DNA of 64,000 nucleotides, taken from positions 23,286-87,285 of the forward strand of contig SKGQ01000037.1 in assembly GCA_007117515.1 (NCBI GenBank), given 5' to 3'. Shown here piece after piece: positions 1 through 10,342 of the stretch (its first letter is position 1; every line of letters starts with the position of its first letter). The position numbers and the translations under genes were made by a program. The notes beneath the pieces are model-generated. The model did not search any database, was not told where the DNA came from, and saw nothing but the letters and a program-made list of their open reading frames with translations. This DNA is from Ectothiorhodospiraceae bacterium (GTDB lineage: Bacteria; Pseudomonadota; Gammaproteobacteria; Nitrococcales; Aquisalimonadaceae).

Positions 1-971
1 GGGATCCACAGGTCAACGGTGTGGTAACCACGCTGCGGCAGACTGCCGAGGAGCTGCGGCTTTTGGGACATGCGGTCCAGGTGCTGTCGCCGAATGACGG
101 GTTCCGCACGATGGCGCTGCCCGGCTACCCGGAAATCCGGGTAGCTCTGTTTCCGCACCGAAAGCTCTCACGGCAACTGGACGCGCTCGCGCCGGACTGC
201 CTGCATATCGCCACCGAGGGTCCGATCGGTTTCGCGGCCCGACGCTGGGCACGGCGGCGCCGTATGCCCTTTACCACCTCCTATCACACACAGTTTCCTG
301 AATACCTGCGAGCACGGGCACCCGTACCCCTGAGACTCAGCTACGCCTGGCTGCGCCGCTTTCACAATGCAGCCAACCGCACGCTGGTGGCGACACCGAA
401 GATGCTGCAAACGCTGCAGGCTCGTGGATTTCGGCAACTCGGCCTGTGGACGCGTGGCGTCGACACGGAACTGTTCCATCCGTGCCGGCGCCGGGATCCG
501 GGGCTGCCGCGGCCGATCTGGGTTTACGCCGGTCGCCTGGCGGTGGAAAAGAATCTCCCGGCTTTTCTGGATCTGGACCTGCCGGGCAGCAAGCTGGTGA
601 TTGGCGACGGGCCGGATGGCGCACGACTACGAAGCCGGTACCCGGACGTGCATTTCGCGGGCTTCCGGCACGGCGAGGAACTGGCCGCCGACCTGGCCAG
701 CGGTGATGTCTTCGTCTTCCCGAGCCGGACCGATACCTTTGGGCTGGTCATGCTGGAGGCCATGGCATCAGGGCTGCCGGTTGCCGCGTTTCCGGTGACC
801 GGGCCGCTGGACGTGGTCGAACAGGGCGTCAGCGGCGTTCTCCATCAGGACCTGGCAATTGCCTGCGACCAGGCCCTGAGGCTCGACCGGGAGCGTGTGC
901 GTGCCGCTGCCTGTGGTGCCGACTGGCGCGCGGCGGCGGAACAATTCCTGAACCATCTGGCACCGATTTGA
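1..971 (+). CDS. GT4-family glycosyltransferase (MgtA/PimB-like), 5' end outside window
   Basis: Frame is open from the window start (DPQVNGVVTTL); GT4 motifs HIATEGPIG, GRLAVEKN and FPSRTDTFGLVMLEAMASG. Confidence 0.9.
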   Translation, partial: DPQVNGVVTTLRQTAEELRLLGHAVQVLSPNDGFRTMALPGYPEIRVALFPHRKLSRQLDALAPDCLHIATEGPIGFAARRWARRRRMPFTTSYHTQFPEYLRARAPVPLRLSYAWLRRFHNAANRTLVATPKMLQTLQARGFRQLGLWTRGVDTELFHPCRRRDPGLPRPIWVYAGRLAVEKNLPAFLDLDLPGSKLVIGDGPDGARLRSRYPDVHFAGFRHGEELAADLASGDVFVFPSRTDTFGLVMLEAMASGLPVAAFPVTGPLDVVEQGVSGVLHQDLAIACDQALRLDRERVRAAACGADWRAAAEQFLNHLAPI

Positions 972-976
972 GCCCC

Positions 977-1738
977 ATGTCGCCATTTCATCGACAGTGG
1001 TTTCGGGTTTCCATCGGCGCATTTCTCCTCTGCACCTGCGGCCTCTCTCTGGCCGAAAACCGCTTTCAGCTACCACTGGGCTGGTCGGATCGGGATGGGC
1101 GCTATGCGGTAACGGCGCGGATTGACTTGCCGGGCGAGAACATCGAATCACTGGAGCATCTCGTGGGCGAGGCCCGCGGTTGGTGCCGGGTTGCCCGTCT
1201 CGTGCCCGACGTCCGGGACTGTCGTGCAAGCGAAGACTCCGGGTCGCTGGTGCTGGAGCTGCGCAGCAATTCCGGAGACGGCGGACGCGAGGTGCGTCAT
1301 CGCTTCGAACACAGGCGCACGGCAGAAGGATTGGAGGCGCAACTCATTGCGCCAGCCGCGCCCCTGGGCGTTACTGATGCGGGGCTCTCGCTGGAAGCCA
1401 GGCAGAGCGATGGCATGCTCCGGATGGCGCTGACCTACGGCTACCGAAGCAGTCTGCGCAGCCGGATGGTAACCGGCGCCTACCTGCGGAGTGCGGCGGG
1501 CCGTCGCCCGGGCATCAGCCGGGATCCGGAGACAGATGAGCTGGTTACCGACCTGCGCGGCCTGATGGAACGCAATGCGATGCGCTACTTTCTGGCCCTG
1601 GTCGCCAGCCTGGAGCATGCGGATGAGCGCACCGCGGCAGAGGCATGGATCGATTCCGACGCGACTTTCGAGGCCGACCTGGCGGAACAGGAGCGGGACG
1701 CCTATCTCGGCAGCCGCGTCACCTCCGACGACATCTGA
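977..1738 (+). CDS. Hypothetical exported protein
   Basis: Long ORF directly after the GT4 gene; signal-peptide-like N-terminus (ISIGAFLLCTCGLSLA); start could be TTG 968 or ATG 977. Confidence 0.65.
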   Translation: MSPFHRQWFRVSIGAFLLCTCGLSLAENRFQLPLGWSDRDGRYAVTARIDLPGENIESLEHLVGEARGWCRVARLVPDVRDCRASEDSGSLVLELRSNSGDGGREVRHRFEHRRTAEGLEAQLIAPAAPLGVTDAGLSLEARQSDGMLRMALTYGYRSSLRSRMVTGAYLRSAAGRRPGISRDPETDELVTDLRGLMERNAMRYFLALVASLEHADERTAAEAWIDSDATFEADLAEQERDAYLGSRVTSDDI

Positions 1739-2560
1739 TCAGCGGGCGGCCAGGCTGGTGAAGTTACCGCGGTAGCGTTCCAGCTGAGATCGAACGGCAT
1801 CCCGTTGCGCGGTTGTCAGCGTCGCGAACAGGGTCCGGCTGCACTCCTGCCAGACGACCCGCGACTCGATCCGGGCGGTTTCTAGCACAGGACCGCGCGC
1901 GGCGTCATTGAGCCACCAGTCATGCAGGAAGTGTTCGACGGCCTCCTGCTCCGGCTTCGTTTCCAGTAGCGTCAACAAGGCCTTTTCACGCGCTGCACGC
2001 CAACTCAGCCAGTCCGCCGTTACATCGGGCAGTCGTTGGTCGCAGCGCTCCAGATGTGCGCGTTGCCCTGGGCCCAGCGAACCGGCCCAGGCCTCGACCC
2101 GTTGCACGGTTCGCTCTGCGCGTTCCGGCGTCCGTTCCTCGGCGTATTCCCGTCGACCTTCCGCCAACTGCTCTGCAAGGTTTATCCGCTGCGATGAATC
2201 CAGACTTCGCAGGGTGCTGGCAGTCAGGGGGATAACGTCTGCCGCCTTCCGACGCAAGAGCGCTTCGCCATCATCGAAAAGCATCGCAACGGTTTCGTCG
2301 CTGGGTTGCGATTGGGCCAGCACTGTTTCCAGTTGATCCAGCCAGGCGATCATCTCGGGCAGGCGCTGGGCGCGGTGGAACTCGCGATAAGCCTGAATTT
2401 CCTCACGCAGCAATCCGCGCTGGTCAGAACTCAGGTCCAGGTAATTGGCAACCTGACGAGCGCCGAGCCAGTCGGCATTTTCATAGACCAGTTCGACCCG
2501 GCTGCAGGCAGTCAACAGAAAGGCCAGCAGGCAAAAAACCGGGATCAAGCGCCCAGACAT
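1739..2560 (-). CDS. Lipoprotein, DUF6279-like
   Basis: ATG at 2560; lipobox LTAC followed by SRVELVYENADWL, typical of the DUF6279 N-terminus. Confidence 0.7.
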   Translation of the reverse strand: MSGRLIPVFCLLAFLLTACSRVELVYENADWLGARQVANYLDLSSDQRGLLREEIQAYREFHRAQRLPEMIAWLDQLETVLAQSQPSDETVAMLFDDGEALLRRKAADVIPLTASTLRSLDSSQRINLAEQLAEGRREYAEERTPERAERTVQRVEAWAGSLGPGQRAHLERCDQRLPDVTADWLSWRAAREKALLTLLETKPEQEAVEHFLHDWWLNDAARGPVLETARIESRVVWQECSRTLFATLTTAQRDAVRSQLERYRGNFTSLAAR

Positions 2561-2807
2561 CTCAGCATCCTCATTCAGGGAATCGATCCACTTTTCCTCG
2601 AGACCGCCAGTCTGACCAGAACGCCGTGAACGGGTTCGAAAGCGGTGACCGAAACGGATTCCGTGGCCGTGAACGGTTGCAATGGAAATATCGAGCGCCT
2701 TGCCTCGGGGAAAAATGCGGACTCCAACGCAGACGTGCGATTTGATCGGTGTTCCTCTGCCCTGGTTCGGAATGGACGCAGCAGATGGGGCACAGGGGAT
2801 ATCACCG

Positions 2808-3824
2808 ATGCTGATCAAGAGCGGGACCGCGCCGTACGGGGTCCTGGTGACGGCGCTTTGTGCCCTGTTGCTGAACGGCGCGCTGGCCGAGCAGCGTCCC
2901 CTGCGCCTTCTCGGCGCAATCTACCTCGGCGACCTGCCAACGCTGATCGCCGACCAGAAGGGGCTGTTTCGGCAACAGGGTCTTGAGGTGGATGTCAGCC
3001 TGGGTTTCTCCGGCCGCGAGAATCTGCAGGGCCTGCTCGCCGGTGACGCCGACTTCGCCCTTATGGCACCAACCCCATTCGTGCTGCATCAACTCCAGGC
3101 GGACCGCACGGAAGACGCCAACGACCCCATAATACTGGCCAGCCTGGTCCATGCAACGCGCCTCGAGGCCCTGATGGTGCGGGATGACAGCGACATCCGG
3201 CAGCCCGCCGATCTGCTGGGGCGGCGCGTGGCCTTGATGGGGGGAACCAACGCCGAATACCTCTGGTGGCTGTTCTGCCAGTTCCACGACCTGGATCAGG
3301 ACCGCATCACGGTGGTCGAGGCAACCAACCACACCGCCGGCACGCTGTTAACCAGCGGCGAGGTGGACGCCGCAGTGATCTGGCAGCCCTGGAGTCAGCT
3401 GGCGGCAGAGGCTGCGGATGTACCTTTGCGCATCCTTTCAGTGGGCGAGGGTTATACCGCCAAGTGGCTGCTGGTGGGCAGAAGGGACGTTGTCCGACAA
3501 CAATCCGAGGCGACCATCCAACTGCTTCGCGCTTACATGAAGGCGCTGGATCTTATCGAGGAACAACCGGACGCTTCACTGACCCGCTATGCGGATCATG
3601 CGGGCCTGAGCCGGTCCACCGTGACTCCCGAACGGCTGCCCGTGTTCGGTCTCAGCCTGGACTGGTCGTTGCTCGCCGATCTGCAACAGCACCTTGAATG
3701 GGCCAGAGCCCAGGGCAAAGACGGGGCGGAACTGCCGCCAGACATCATCTCCTGGATCGAACCGGGACCGCTGCTCAGTATCAACCCCGCGGCAGTCAGC
3801 CTTCCCGGGGCCCGAAACCGATGA
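2808..3824 (+). CDS. Periplasmic solute-binding protein, NMT1/THI5/SsuA-like
   Basis: AGGGG RBS before ATG 2808; signal peptide; motifs GLEVDVSLGFSG, DLLGRRVALMGGT and GEVDAAVIWQPW. Confidence 0.8.
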   Translation: MLIKSGTAPYGVLVTALCALLLNGALAEQRPLRLLGAIYLGDLPTLIADQKGLFRQQGLEVDVSLGFSGRENLQGLLAGDADFALMAPTPFVLHQLQADRTEDANDPIILASLVHATRLEALMVRDDSDIRQPADLLGRRVALMGGTNAEYLWWLFCQFHDLDQDRITVVEATNHTAGTLLTSGEVDAAVIWQPWSQLAAEAADVPLRILSVGEGYTAKWLLVGRRDVVRQQSEATIQLLRAYMKALDLIEEQPDASLTRYADHAGLSRSTVTPERLPVFGLSLDWSLLADLQQHLEWARAQGKDGAELPPDIISWIEPGPLLSINPAAVSLPGARNR

Positions 3825-6097
3825 GCCTGGTTCGCCTCTCCAGTATCAGCATTATCGCCTGCGTGCTGGCGTTGCTCGCGCTGTGCCTGATCGGTATTTG
3901 GTCACTGGACCGGCTGTACGACCGGCGCGACGCCATGGACGACCTGATCGTCCTCAAGGGGCGTGCCGATGCGCTTTCCGTTGCAAGTGACAACCTGCTT
4001 CTGTTCAGGCCCGACCCGGCGATCTGGCGCGCGTTCGTCGACGAGGCCCAGGCGGTCCGGGACAAGCTGCTGGAGCCTGACGACAGGCAGGCCGACGCGC
4101 GCCGTGCCGCGCGCCAGATCGAGCAACTGCTGGAATCGCTGGAGAGCATCCATCGGCAGCAGTCCACCAGCCCTCCAGAGCCGGGGGTCGGGCCACTGGG
4201 CGTGCCCCGCAGAGCGCGGATCACCATGAATCAGGTGGCCGGCCACGGCATCGCCATTGACAGCGCGTTCGAACAGTTGCTAGCGCAACGGCAGCAAGAC
4301 ATCAATCGGGAAACCACCCGGTTTGTCATGACCCTGGCACTGGCTTCGGCCGCCTTTGGCCTGTTTTGCATTTTCGCGTTCAGCTGGATGTACAGGCGAC
4401 TGGCCGGGCCAACCCGCGCCCTGTCATTGACCATTCAGCAGCTTCGCCAGGGCGATCGCTCCGCCCGGGCGGCCGTCAGCGGCCGTGACGAGTTCGCCGA
4501 GCTCTCCAGAACCTTCAATCAATTACTGGAGGAACAACAGCAATCGGAACGCACGATTCAGCAACAGGAAACCGAACTGGCCGGGCAGTCACGCATGCTG
4601 ACCATCGCCGGTCGGGTGGCACGTTTCGGTGGCTGGTCGCTGGATCTGCATACACGCGTGGTGCACTGGTCAGACATGGTGGCGGAGATCCACGGCACCG
4701 ATCCAGGCTATTCGCCACCGGTGGAACAGGCCATCTCCTTCTACGCTCCCGAGCATCAACCGATCATCAGCGATGCCTTCAATGATTGCGCAACCCACGG
4801 CACCCCTTTCGACAAGGAACTACAGATCATCCGCGTCGGAGGCGAACCCTGCTGGATCCGCACTACCGGTGTCGCCGTGCGCAATGAGCACGGACAACTG
4901 GTGCGGGTCGAAGGCGCATTCCAGGACATCAACGAACGCCGGACCCTGGAGCTACGACTGGAAGCAGCACAGAGGATGGAGGCCATCGGACAACTCACCG
5001 GCGGCATCTCCCACGATTTCAACAACATTCTGACGGTGATCCTGGGTAACGCCGATCTGTTGACCGAAGAACTGGCCAACGCGCCGGCACAGCGTGCGTC
5101 CGCCGAGCGGATCGCGCAAAGCGCACAGCGCGGTGCTGAACTGACCCATCAGCTACTCGCCTTCGCCCGCCGACAGCCGCTGGATCCGGCGCCAGTGGAC
5201 ATCAACGCATTCATTGATGACATGCGGGATTTGCTGCAGCGAACGCTTGGTGGCCCGGTCCGGGTGGAACTCGCACTGGCACCCGCTCTCTGGCCGGCGC
5301 TGGTGGATGGCAGTCAGTTGGAGAGCGCCGTGCTCAACCTGGCAATCAACGCCCGTGATGCCATGCCCGACGGCGGGACGCTTCTGATTGAAACGGGCAA
5401 CGCGGTACTCGAGCCCGACTACGCCGCCGCGCATGTCGATGTCACCGCCGGCGAGTACGTGCGACTGAGTGTCTCGGACAACGGATCTGGCATCCCGGCA
5501 GAAGATCTTGAACGCCTGTTCGAACCCTTTTTTACGACCAAGCAGGAGGGCAAGGGAACAGGCCTAGGCCTGCCCATGGTCTACGGCTTCATCAAGCAAT
5601 CGCGGGGACACATCAAGGTGTACTCGGAGCCGGATGCGGGCACCACGATCAACCTGTACCTGCGCCGGGCCCAGGCAGACTCGGCATCGGACCCGGCGAC
5701 GCCAGCGGATCCGGCTTCGCCGATCCGCGGCGGCCATGAGCGAATCCTGGTGGTCGAAGACGATCCGATGGTCCGGGATTTTGCGGTGCGGCGGCTTGAA
5801 CGGCTCGGTTATGCCGTGGTCACCGCCGACAGCGGGCAACAGGCGCTGGATGTACTGATTGCGGGCAAGGCAGTGGACCTGCTGTTCACGGACGTGATCA
5901 TGCCTGGCGGCCTGGACGGCGCCCAGCTCGCCGACAGGGCACGCCGGCTGCGGCCGGATCTGCCGATCCTGTTCACATCCGGTTATACCGAAAACGCCGC
6001 AATCCTCCACGGCCGCCTGGACCCTGGTCGGCAACTCCTGCAAAAGCCCTACCGGACCGCTGATCTGGCCGGCAAACTGAGGCAGATGCTTTCCTAA
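3821..6097 (+). CDS. Hybrid sensor histidine kinase (2TM-HAMP-PAS-HisKA-HATPase-REC)
   Basis: ATGA overlap with the binding-protein stop; H-box [16 protein letters not shown]-box [14 protein letters not shown], receiver [11 protein letters not shown]. Confidence 0.92.
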   Translation: MSLVRLSSISIIACVLALLALCLIGIWSLDRLYDRRDAMDDLIVLKGRADALSVASDNLLLFRPDPAIWRAFVDEAQAVRDKLLEPDDRQADARRAARQIEQLLESLESIHRQQSTSPPEPGVGPLGVPRRARITMNQVAGHGIAIDSAFEQLLAQRQQDINRETTRFVMTLALASAAFGLFCIFAFSWMYRRLAGPTRALSLTIQQLRQGDRSARAAVSGRDEFAELSRTFNQLLEEQQQSERTIQQQETELAGQSRMLTIAGRVARFGGWSLDLHTRVVHWSDMVAEIHGTDPGYSPPVEQAISFYAPEHQPIISDAFNDCATHGTPFDKELQIIRVGGEPCWIRTTGVAVRNEHGQLVRVEGAFQDINERRTLELRLEAAQRMEAIGQLTGGISHDFNNILTVILGNADLLTEELANAPAQRASAERIAQSAQRGAELTHQLLAFARRQPLDPAPVDINAFIDDMRDLLQRTLGGPVRVELALAPALWPALVDGSQLESAVLNLAINARDAMPDGGTLLIETGNAVLEPDYAAAHVDVTAGEYVRLSVSDNGSGIPAEDLERLFEPFFTTKQEGKGTGLGLPMVYGFIKQSRGHIKVYSEPDAGTTINLYLRRAQADSASDPATPADPASPIRGGHERILVVEDDPMVRDFAVRRLERLGYAVVTADSGQQALDVLIAGKAVDLLFTDVIMPGGLDGAQLADRARRLRPDLPILFTSGYTENAAILHGRLDPGRQLLQKPYRTADLAGKLRQMLS

Positions 6098-6242
6098 GAC
6101 TACGAGACGGCGCGGTGGATGAACGCTGACGTATGCCATGACGCCTGCATAAAAATCCGGCGTGGGTCTAGCGCGCGTGAGCGGGTAGGATTCTCTCAGT
6201 AAACAACATGCTCGAATCCCGTTCGAAGAAGGAGGAATCGCC

Positions 6243-7280
6243 ATGCGACCGATGGAACGCGCAATCCCCGCCACCCTGCTCCGTGGCGATGGCATCGGCC
6301 CGGAGATCATGGAGGCATCACTGGACGTGCTGGATGCCCTTGGAGCCCGCTTCGACTGGGATGACCAGCAGGCCGGGACCGGCGCCTATGAAAGGACAGG
6401 GGATCCGCTGCCGCAGGCGACGCTGGACAGCATTCGCAAGACGCGGCTGGCGCTGAAAGGTCCGCTGGCGACACCAGTCGGTAGCGGCTTCCGCTCGGTC
6501 AACGTGCGCCTGCGCGAGGAGTTCAAGCTGTTCGCCAACCTTCGCCCGGCACACACCTACGTGCACGGCGGCCGTTTCGAGAACGTCGACATCATTCTGG
6601 TTCGCGAGAACACCGAGGGCTTCTATGTGGGGTTCGAGCACTACATTCCGGTGGGTGACGACCCGCGGGCAGTAGCCGAGGGTACCGGGTTCAACACCCG
6701 CGAAGGCTGCCGGCGGATCGCCGAATGGACCTTCGAATACGCCCTGGAGCAGGGGCGCAAGAAGGTCACGATCGTGCACAAGGCGAATATCCTGAAGGTG
6801 CTGACCGGGCTGTTCCTGGACACCGCCATGGAGGTCGCCGAGCGTTACCGCGACCAGATCGAGGTGGAGGACAAGATCGTCGACAACTGCGCGATGCAGC
6901 TGGTGCTGAACCCATCGCAGTTCGATGTGATCCTCACCACCAATCTGTTCGGTGACATCCTGTCGGATGAAATCGCCGGTCTGGTGGGCGGCCTGGGCAT
7001 GGCGCCAGGTGGCAACATCGGTGTAGATGCCGCCATTTTCGAAGCCGTTCACGGCTCTGCGCCGGATATTGCCGGTAAGGGACTGGCCAACCCCTCCGCC
7101 GTGCTGCTGGCTGCAGCGATGATGCTGGACCACGTCGGCGAACAGCAGCGGGCCGACCTGCTGCGGGATGCGATCGAACGGGTTATCGACGATGACGGTG
7201 TGCGCACTGGCGATCTGGGCGGCAGCGCCAGTACCCGGCAGTACACCGACGCCATTATCAAGCGGCTCAGGGAGGCCTGA
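6243..7280 (+). CDS. icd: Isocitrate dehydrogenase, short NAD-type (isocitrate/isopropylmalate dehydrogenase family)
   Basis: GDGIGPE, RENTEG, VHKANILK, NLFGDILSD and FEAVHGSAPDIAG motifs; AGGAGG RBS. Confidence 0.8.
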   Translation: MRPMERAIPATLLRGDGIGPEIMEASLDVLDALGARFDWDDQQAGTGAYERTGDPLPQATLDSIRKTRLALKGPLATPVGSGFRSVNVRLREEFKLFANLRPAHTYVHGGRFENVDIILVRENTEGFYVGFEHYIPVGDDPRAVAEGTGFNTREGCRRIAEWTFEYALEQGRKKVTIVHKANILKVLTGLFLDTAMEVAERYRDQIEVEDKIVDNCAMQLVLNPSQFDVILTTNLFGDILSDEIAGLVGGLGMAPGGNIGVDAAIFEAVHGSAPDIAGKGLANPSAVLLAAAMMLDHVGEQQRADLLRDAIERVIDDDGVRTGDLGGSASTRQYTDAIIKRLREA

Positions 7281-7291
7281 GCGGAGGAAGC

Positions 7292-7750
7292 ATGTCTGCA
7301 ACAGTGCCGGAGCAGTTGTTTGTTGCCGTGGATGGTTCGGACGGGGGGCGCCGGGCGGCCGCCTACGCCGCCGCACTGGCCCGGCGCGCAGATCTGCCGC
7401 TGATCCTTTTGTTTGCGCTGCCCGACGACCCACTGGAGATGTTCGGCAGGTCCGAGGAGGGCTCGCTGCGGTATTTTCAGCCGGAGGCGTTCGAACAGCT
7501 GCGACAGGAGATGGCCCGTTCGGCGTTCGACGGTGCCCGCGAAGCCATCGGCGAAAACCAGTTGCAGATCAGCGAGGAGATCCTGACCGGCAAACCTGGA
7601 CCGGCTCTGGTAGATCGGATCTCACGTCAGCCCGACAGCCTGATCGTCATGGGCAGGCGCGGCCTGTCCCGGGCCCGCGAACTATTGATGGGCAGCGTTA
7701 CCCAGCGGGTGCTGCACCACGCGAATTGCCCCGTGCTGGTGGTGCATTGA
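7292..7750 (+). CDS. Universal stress protein (UspA family)
   Basis: VAVDGS and IVMGRRG...GSVTQRVLHHANCPVLVV motifs. Confidence 0.92.
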   Translation: MSATVPEQLFVAVDGSDGGRRAAAYAAALARRADLPLILLFALPDDPLEMFGRSEEGSLRYFQPEAFEQLRQEMARSAFDGAREAIGENQLQISEEILTGKPGPALVDRISRQPDSLIVMGRRGLSRARELLMGSVTQRVLHHANCPVLVVH

Positions 7751-7761
7751 CGCCGTTCGTT

Positions 7762-7798
7762 GCCCCGCCGACAAAAGGCGGGGCCCCGCAGCGTTTTT
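7762..7798. terminator. Hairpin between convergent usp and ggt, possible intrinsic terminator
   Basis: GCCCCGCC (7762-7769) pairs with GGCGGGGC (7777-7784); T-run at 7794-7799. Confidence 0.45.
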
Positions 7799-9466
7799 TC
7801 AGTATCCGATGGCCGCGCCATCACCACGCGGATCGGCTCCCCCTTCAAGCAGACCGGTTTCCGGGTCGTTTCGGATCGCCTGGGCATGCCCCATATTGTC
7901 GTTCCAGTCCTCCACCGGCTTAACCGGCTGACCACGGCGCTTGAGTTCGTTCACCACCAGATCGCTGATGCGCCCCTCCAGCGCCAGATCCTGGACCTTC
8001 GTGCCCCAGGTGCGCCCCATCAACCAGCGCGGCGCTTCGATGGCCTGCTGCACGTCGTAACCGAAATCGACAATGCGTGAAACCATCGCCGCATGTGTCT
8101 GGGGCTGCCCTTCACCGCCCATGGAGCCATACACCAGATAAGGCCGGCCTTGCCGATGGAGCATCGCCGGAATCAAGGTGTGGAAGGTCCGTTTCCCGGG
8201 CTCCAGGGAATTCGGGTGCGCCGGGTCAAGCGCAAAGAAAGAGCCGCGATTCTGCATGATAATGCCGGTATCTCCAGCGATTTCCACACTACCGAAATCG
8301 TGGTAGATGGACTGGATCACGGACACCGCAAGGCCGTCGGAATCGGTGGCGCAGAAGTAACAGGTGTCCCCGCCATCGCCGCCGGAACCTGCGGAAGCCT
8401 CATCCGGAGCGATACCCGGAGCCACATCTTCCATGACCATCGCCCGCTCCGGGTCGATCAGACGCCGACGCTGCTCGGCATAACCCTTGTCCAGAAGCCG
8501 ATCCAGCGGAATATCCAGGAAGCGCGGATCGGTAAGCCAGGCATTGCGGTCAGCGAATGCCAGTTTCACCGCCTCGGCCAGATGGTGCAGATAGTCTGCC
8601 GACGCATCACCGAAGCCCCGCAGGTCGAAACCCTCCATCAGGTTCAGGATCTGAAGTGCGCAAAACCCTGGGTGTTGGGCGGAAACTCATAGGCTGTGTA
8701 GCCCCGGTAGTCCACCGAAATCGGGTCCACCCAGTCGGATCGGAAGGCAGCAAAGTCGTCAGGCCGCAGCGGTGAACCCAGATCGCCCAGCGCCTGGCAG
8801 ATCCGTGCGGCGGTCTCCCCTTCGTAAAAACCGTCCCGGGGACCCTGGTTCGCCAGACGCTCGAAGGAAGCGGCCAGGGCGGGATTGGCGAGGCGATCAC
8901 CAGCGCGTGGCGCGCGGCCCCCAGGCATGTACAGCGCCGCATTGGACGAGTACTCCCGCAACAGGGCTGAATCCTTCAGGGTCCACTCCGCCAGGGAAGT
9001 TGGCCACCGGGAATCCATCGCGGGCATAGTGAATGGCGTCCTGGAACAGATCTTCCCAGGGCAGCTTTCCATGCCGCTGATGGACCTGCCACCAGCCATC
9101 AACGGCCCCGGGAACGGTCAGCGCTCCCAGGGCGCCACGGTGTGGTATCGCCTCGTCGTGACCACGACCACGGTAATAGTCGATGGTGGCCTCGGCGGCG
9201 GCCGGACCGCTGGCATTCAGGGCACTGACACGGTAGCCGTCGGCCGGGTCGGCAATCAGCCAGAAGGCGTCACCGCCGAGGCCGGCCATGTGCGGGTAGA
9301 CCACACAGAGCACCGCATTTGCGGCAATCTCCGCATCCACGGCGCTGCCACCACGCCGCAGCATGGCCTGGCCGGCCTCGCTGGCCAGCACATGGGATGT
9401 GACGACCATGCCCCGGGTCCCGCGGGTGAGTGGGCGACCGGCTCTCGGTCCACTGGAATGGGTCAT
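7799..9466 (-). pseudogene. ggt: Gamma-glutamyltransferase family (HpxW/YwrD-like), split by two single-base frameshifts
   Basis: Three consecutive ORF pieces (9466-8897, 9102-8644, 8638-7799) carry GGT motifs in order: HMAGLGGDAFW, PPNTQG, nucleophile Thr in GDTCYF, GSMGGEGQPQT, DPRGDGAAIGY; indels near 9000 and 8658. Confidence 0.8.
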
Positions 9467-9486
9467 ACCGATTCCTCCCGGATTAC

Positions 9487-9750
9487 TCAGGATTCACCGT
9501 CGGCGAACGACAGCCACTCACGCAGGCGCACGGCTGGCGGCAGAGCCGCGCCAATCACCACCAACAGAAGGCCCAGGTAAAGCATCAGACCGCTGTCCCC
9601 GGTGGAGCCGCCGCTGATCAGCGGCAGACCCAGCAGGAACAGGAAGGACGCGAAAACCCAGCCAAAGGTCAGCACCAGAAACAGGTCATTCCTGCTGACG
9701 CGGGCGATGCCGATGCGCAGGGAGTCAAAAGCGCCGGCCCGGTCGGCCAC
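9487..9750 (-). CDS. Small two-TM membrane protein, possibly the 3' remnant of a larger gene
   Basis: Two hydrophobic segments; frame is open up to 9810; no RBS before GTG 9750. Confidence 0.4.
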   Translation of the reverse strand: MADRAGAFDSLRIGIARVSRNDLFLVLTFGWVFASFLFLLGLPLISGGSTGDSGLMLYLGLLLVVIGAALPPAVRLREWLSFADGES

Positions 9751-9775
9751 CAGCTTAGACGTGAGGAGGACTGAT

Positions 9776-10342
9776 CTAACCCCGAGAGCGCCGGAAAGCG
9801 TTTCCAGCGTTCACCCAGGTGGCGCCTTCAGCCACCAGCAGCCGTCGCTTGCGCTCCACGCCCCAGCGATAGCCGGACAGGCTCCCATCCTGGCGGCACA
9901 CCCGATGACAGGGAATCAGCACGGCAATGGGATTGGCGGCACAGGCCCCGGCCACCGCTCGCGCCGCTCGCGGCGAACCGATCCGCCTCGCAATCTCGGA
10001 ATAGCTGGCGGTGGCGCCTGCCGGGATCTCGCGGAGCGCCTGCCAGACCCGCTGCTGGAATGCCGTGCCTTCGGGAGCCAGCGGCAAGTCAAATGCCTCG
10101 GCGGTAGCCAGCCCATCGACGAGACGCTCACGCCAACCTGTCAGCCATGCGTCGTCACGCACGAGACGCTTCCCGGGAAACCGCCGGCGCAGCTCGGCAA
10201 GCAACGCATCCTCTGTATCGCCAAGCAGCACTGCGCGGATATCAGCGTCACGGCCGGCCAGCAACACATACCCCAACGCGCACCCTGACACCGTGAAACG
10301 CAGGACTGCCTGCCCCGCCCCGTCCGCATTGAAGGCGTTCAT
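9776..10342 (-). CDS. ogt: Methylated-DNA-protein-cysteine S-methyltransferase (Ogt / Ada C-terminal domain)
   Basis: [12 protein letters not shown] and [12 protein letters not shown] active-site motif; ATGA overlap with the prpD stop. Confidence 0.92.
   Translation of the reverse strand: MNAFNADGAGQAVLRFTVSGCALGYVLLAGRDADIRAVLLGDTEDALLAELRRRFPGKRLVRDDAWLTGWRERLVDGLATAEAFDLPLAPEGTAFQQRVWQALREIPAGATASYSEIARRIGSPRAARAVAGACAANPIAVLIPCHRVCRQDGSLSGYRWGVERKRRLLVAEGATWVNAGNAFRRSRG

Noticed and set aside
6208-6232. tRNA-like TTCGAA hairpin upstream of icd
   Set aside because: No cloverleaf, acceptor stem or CCA end.
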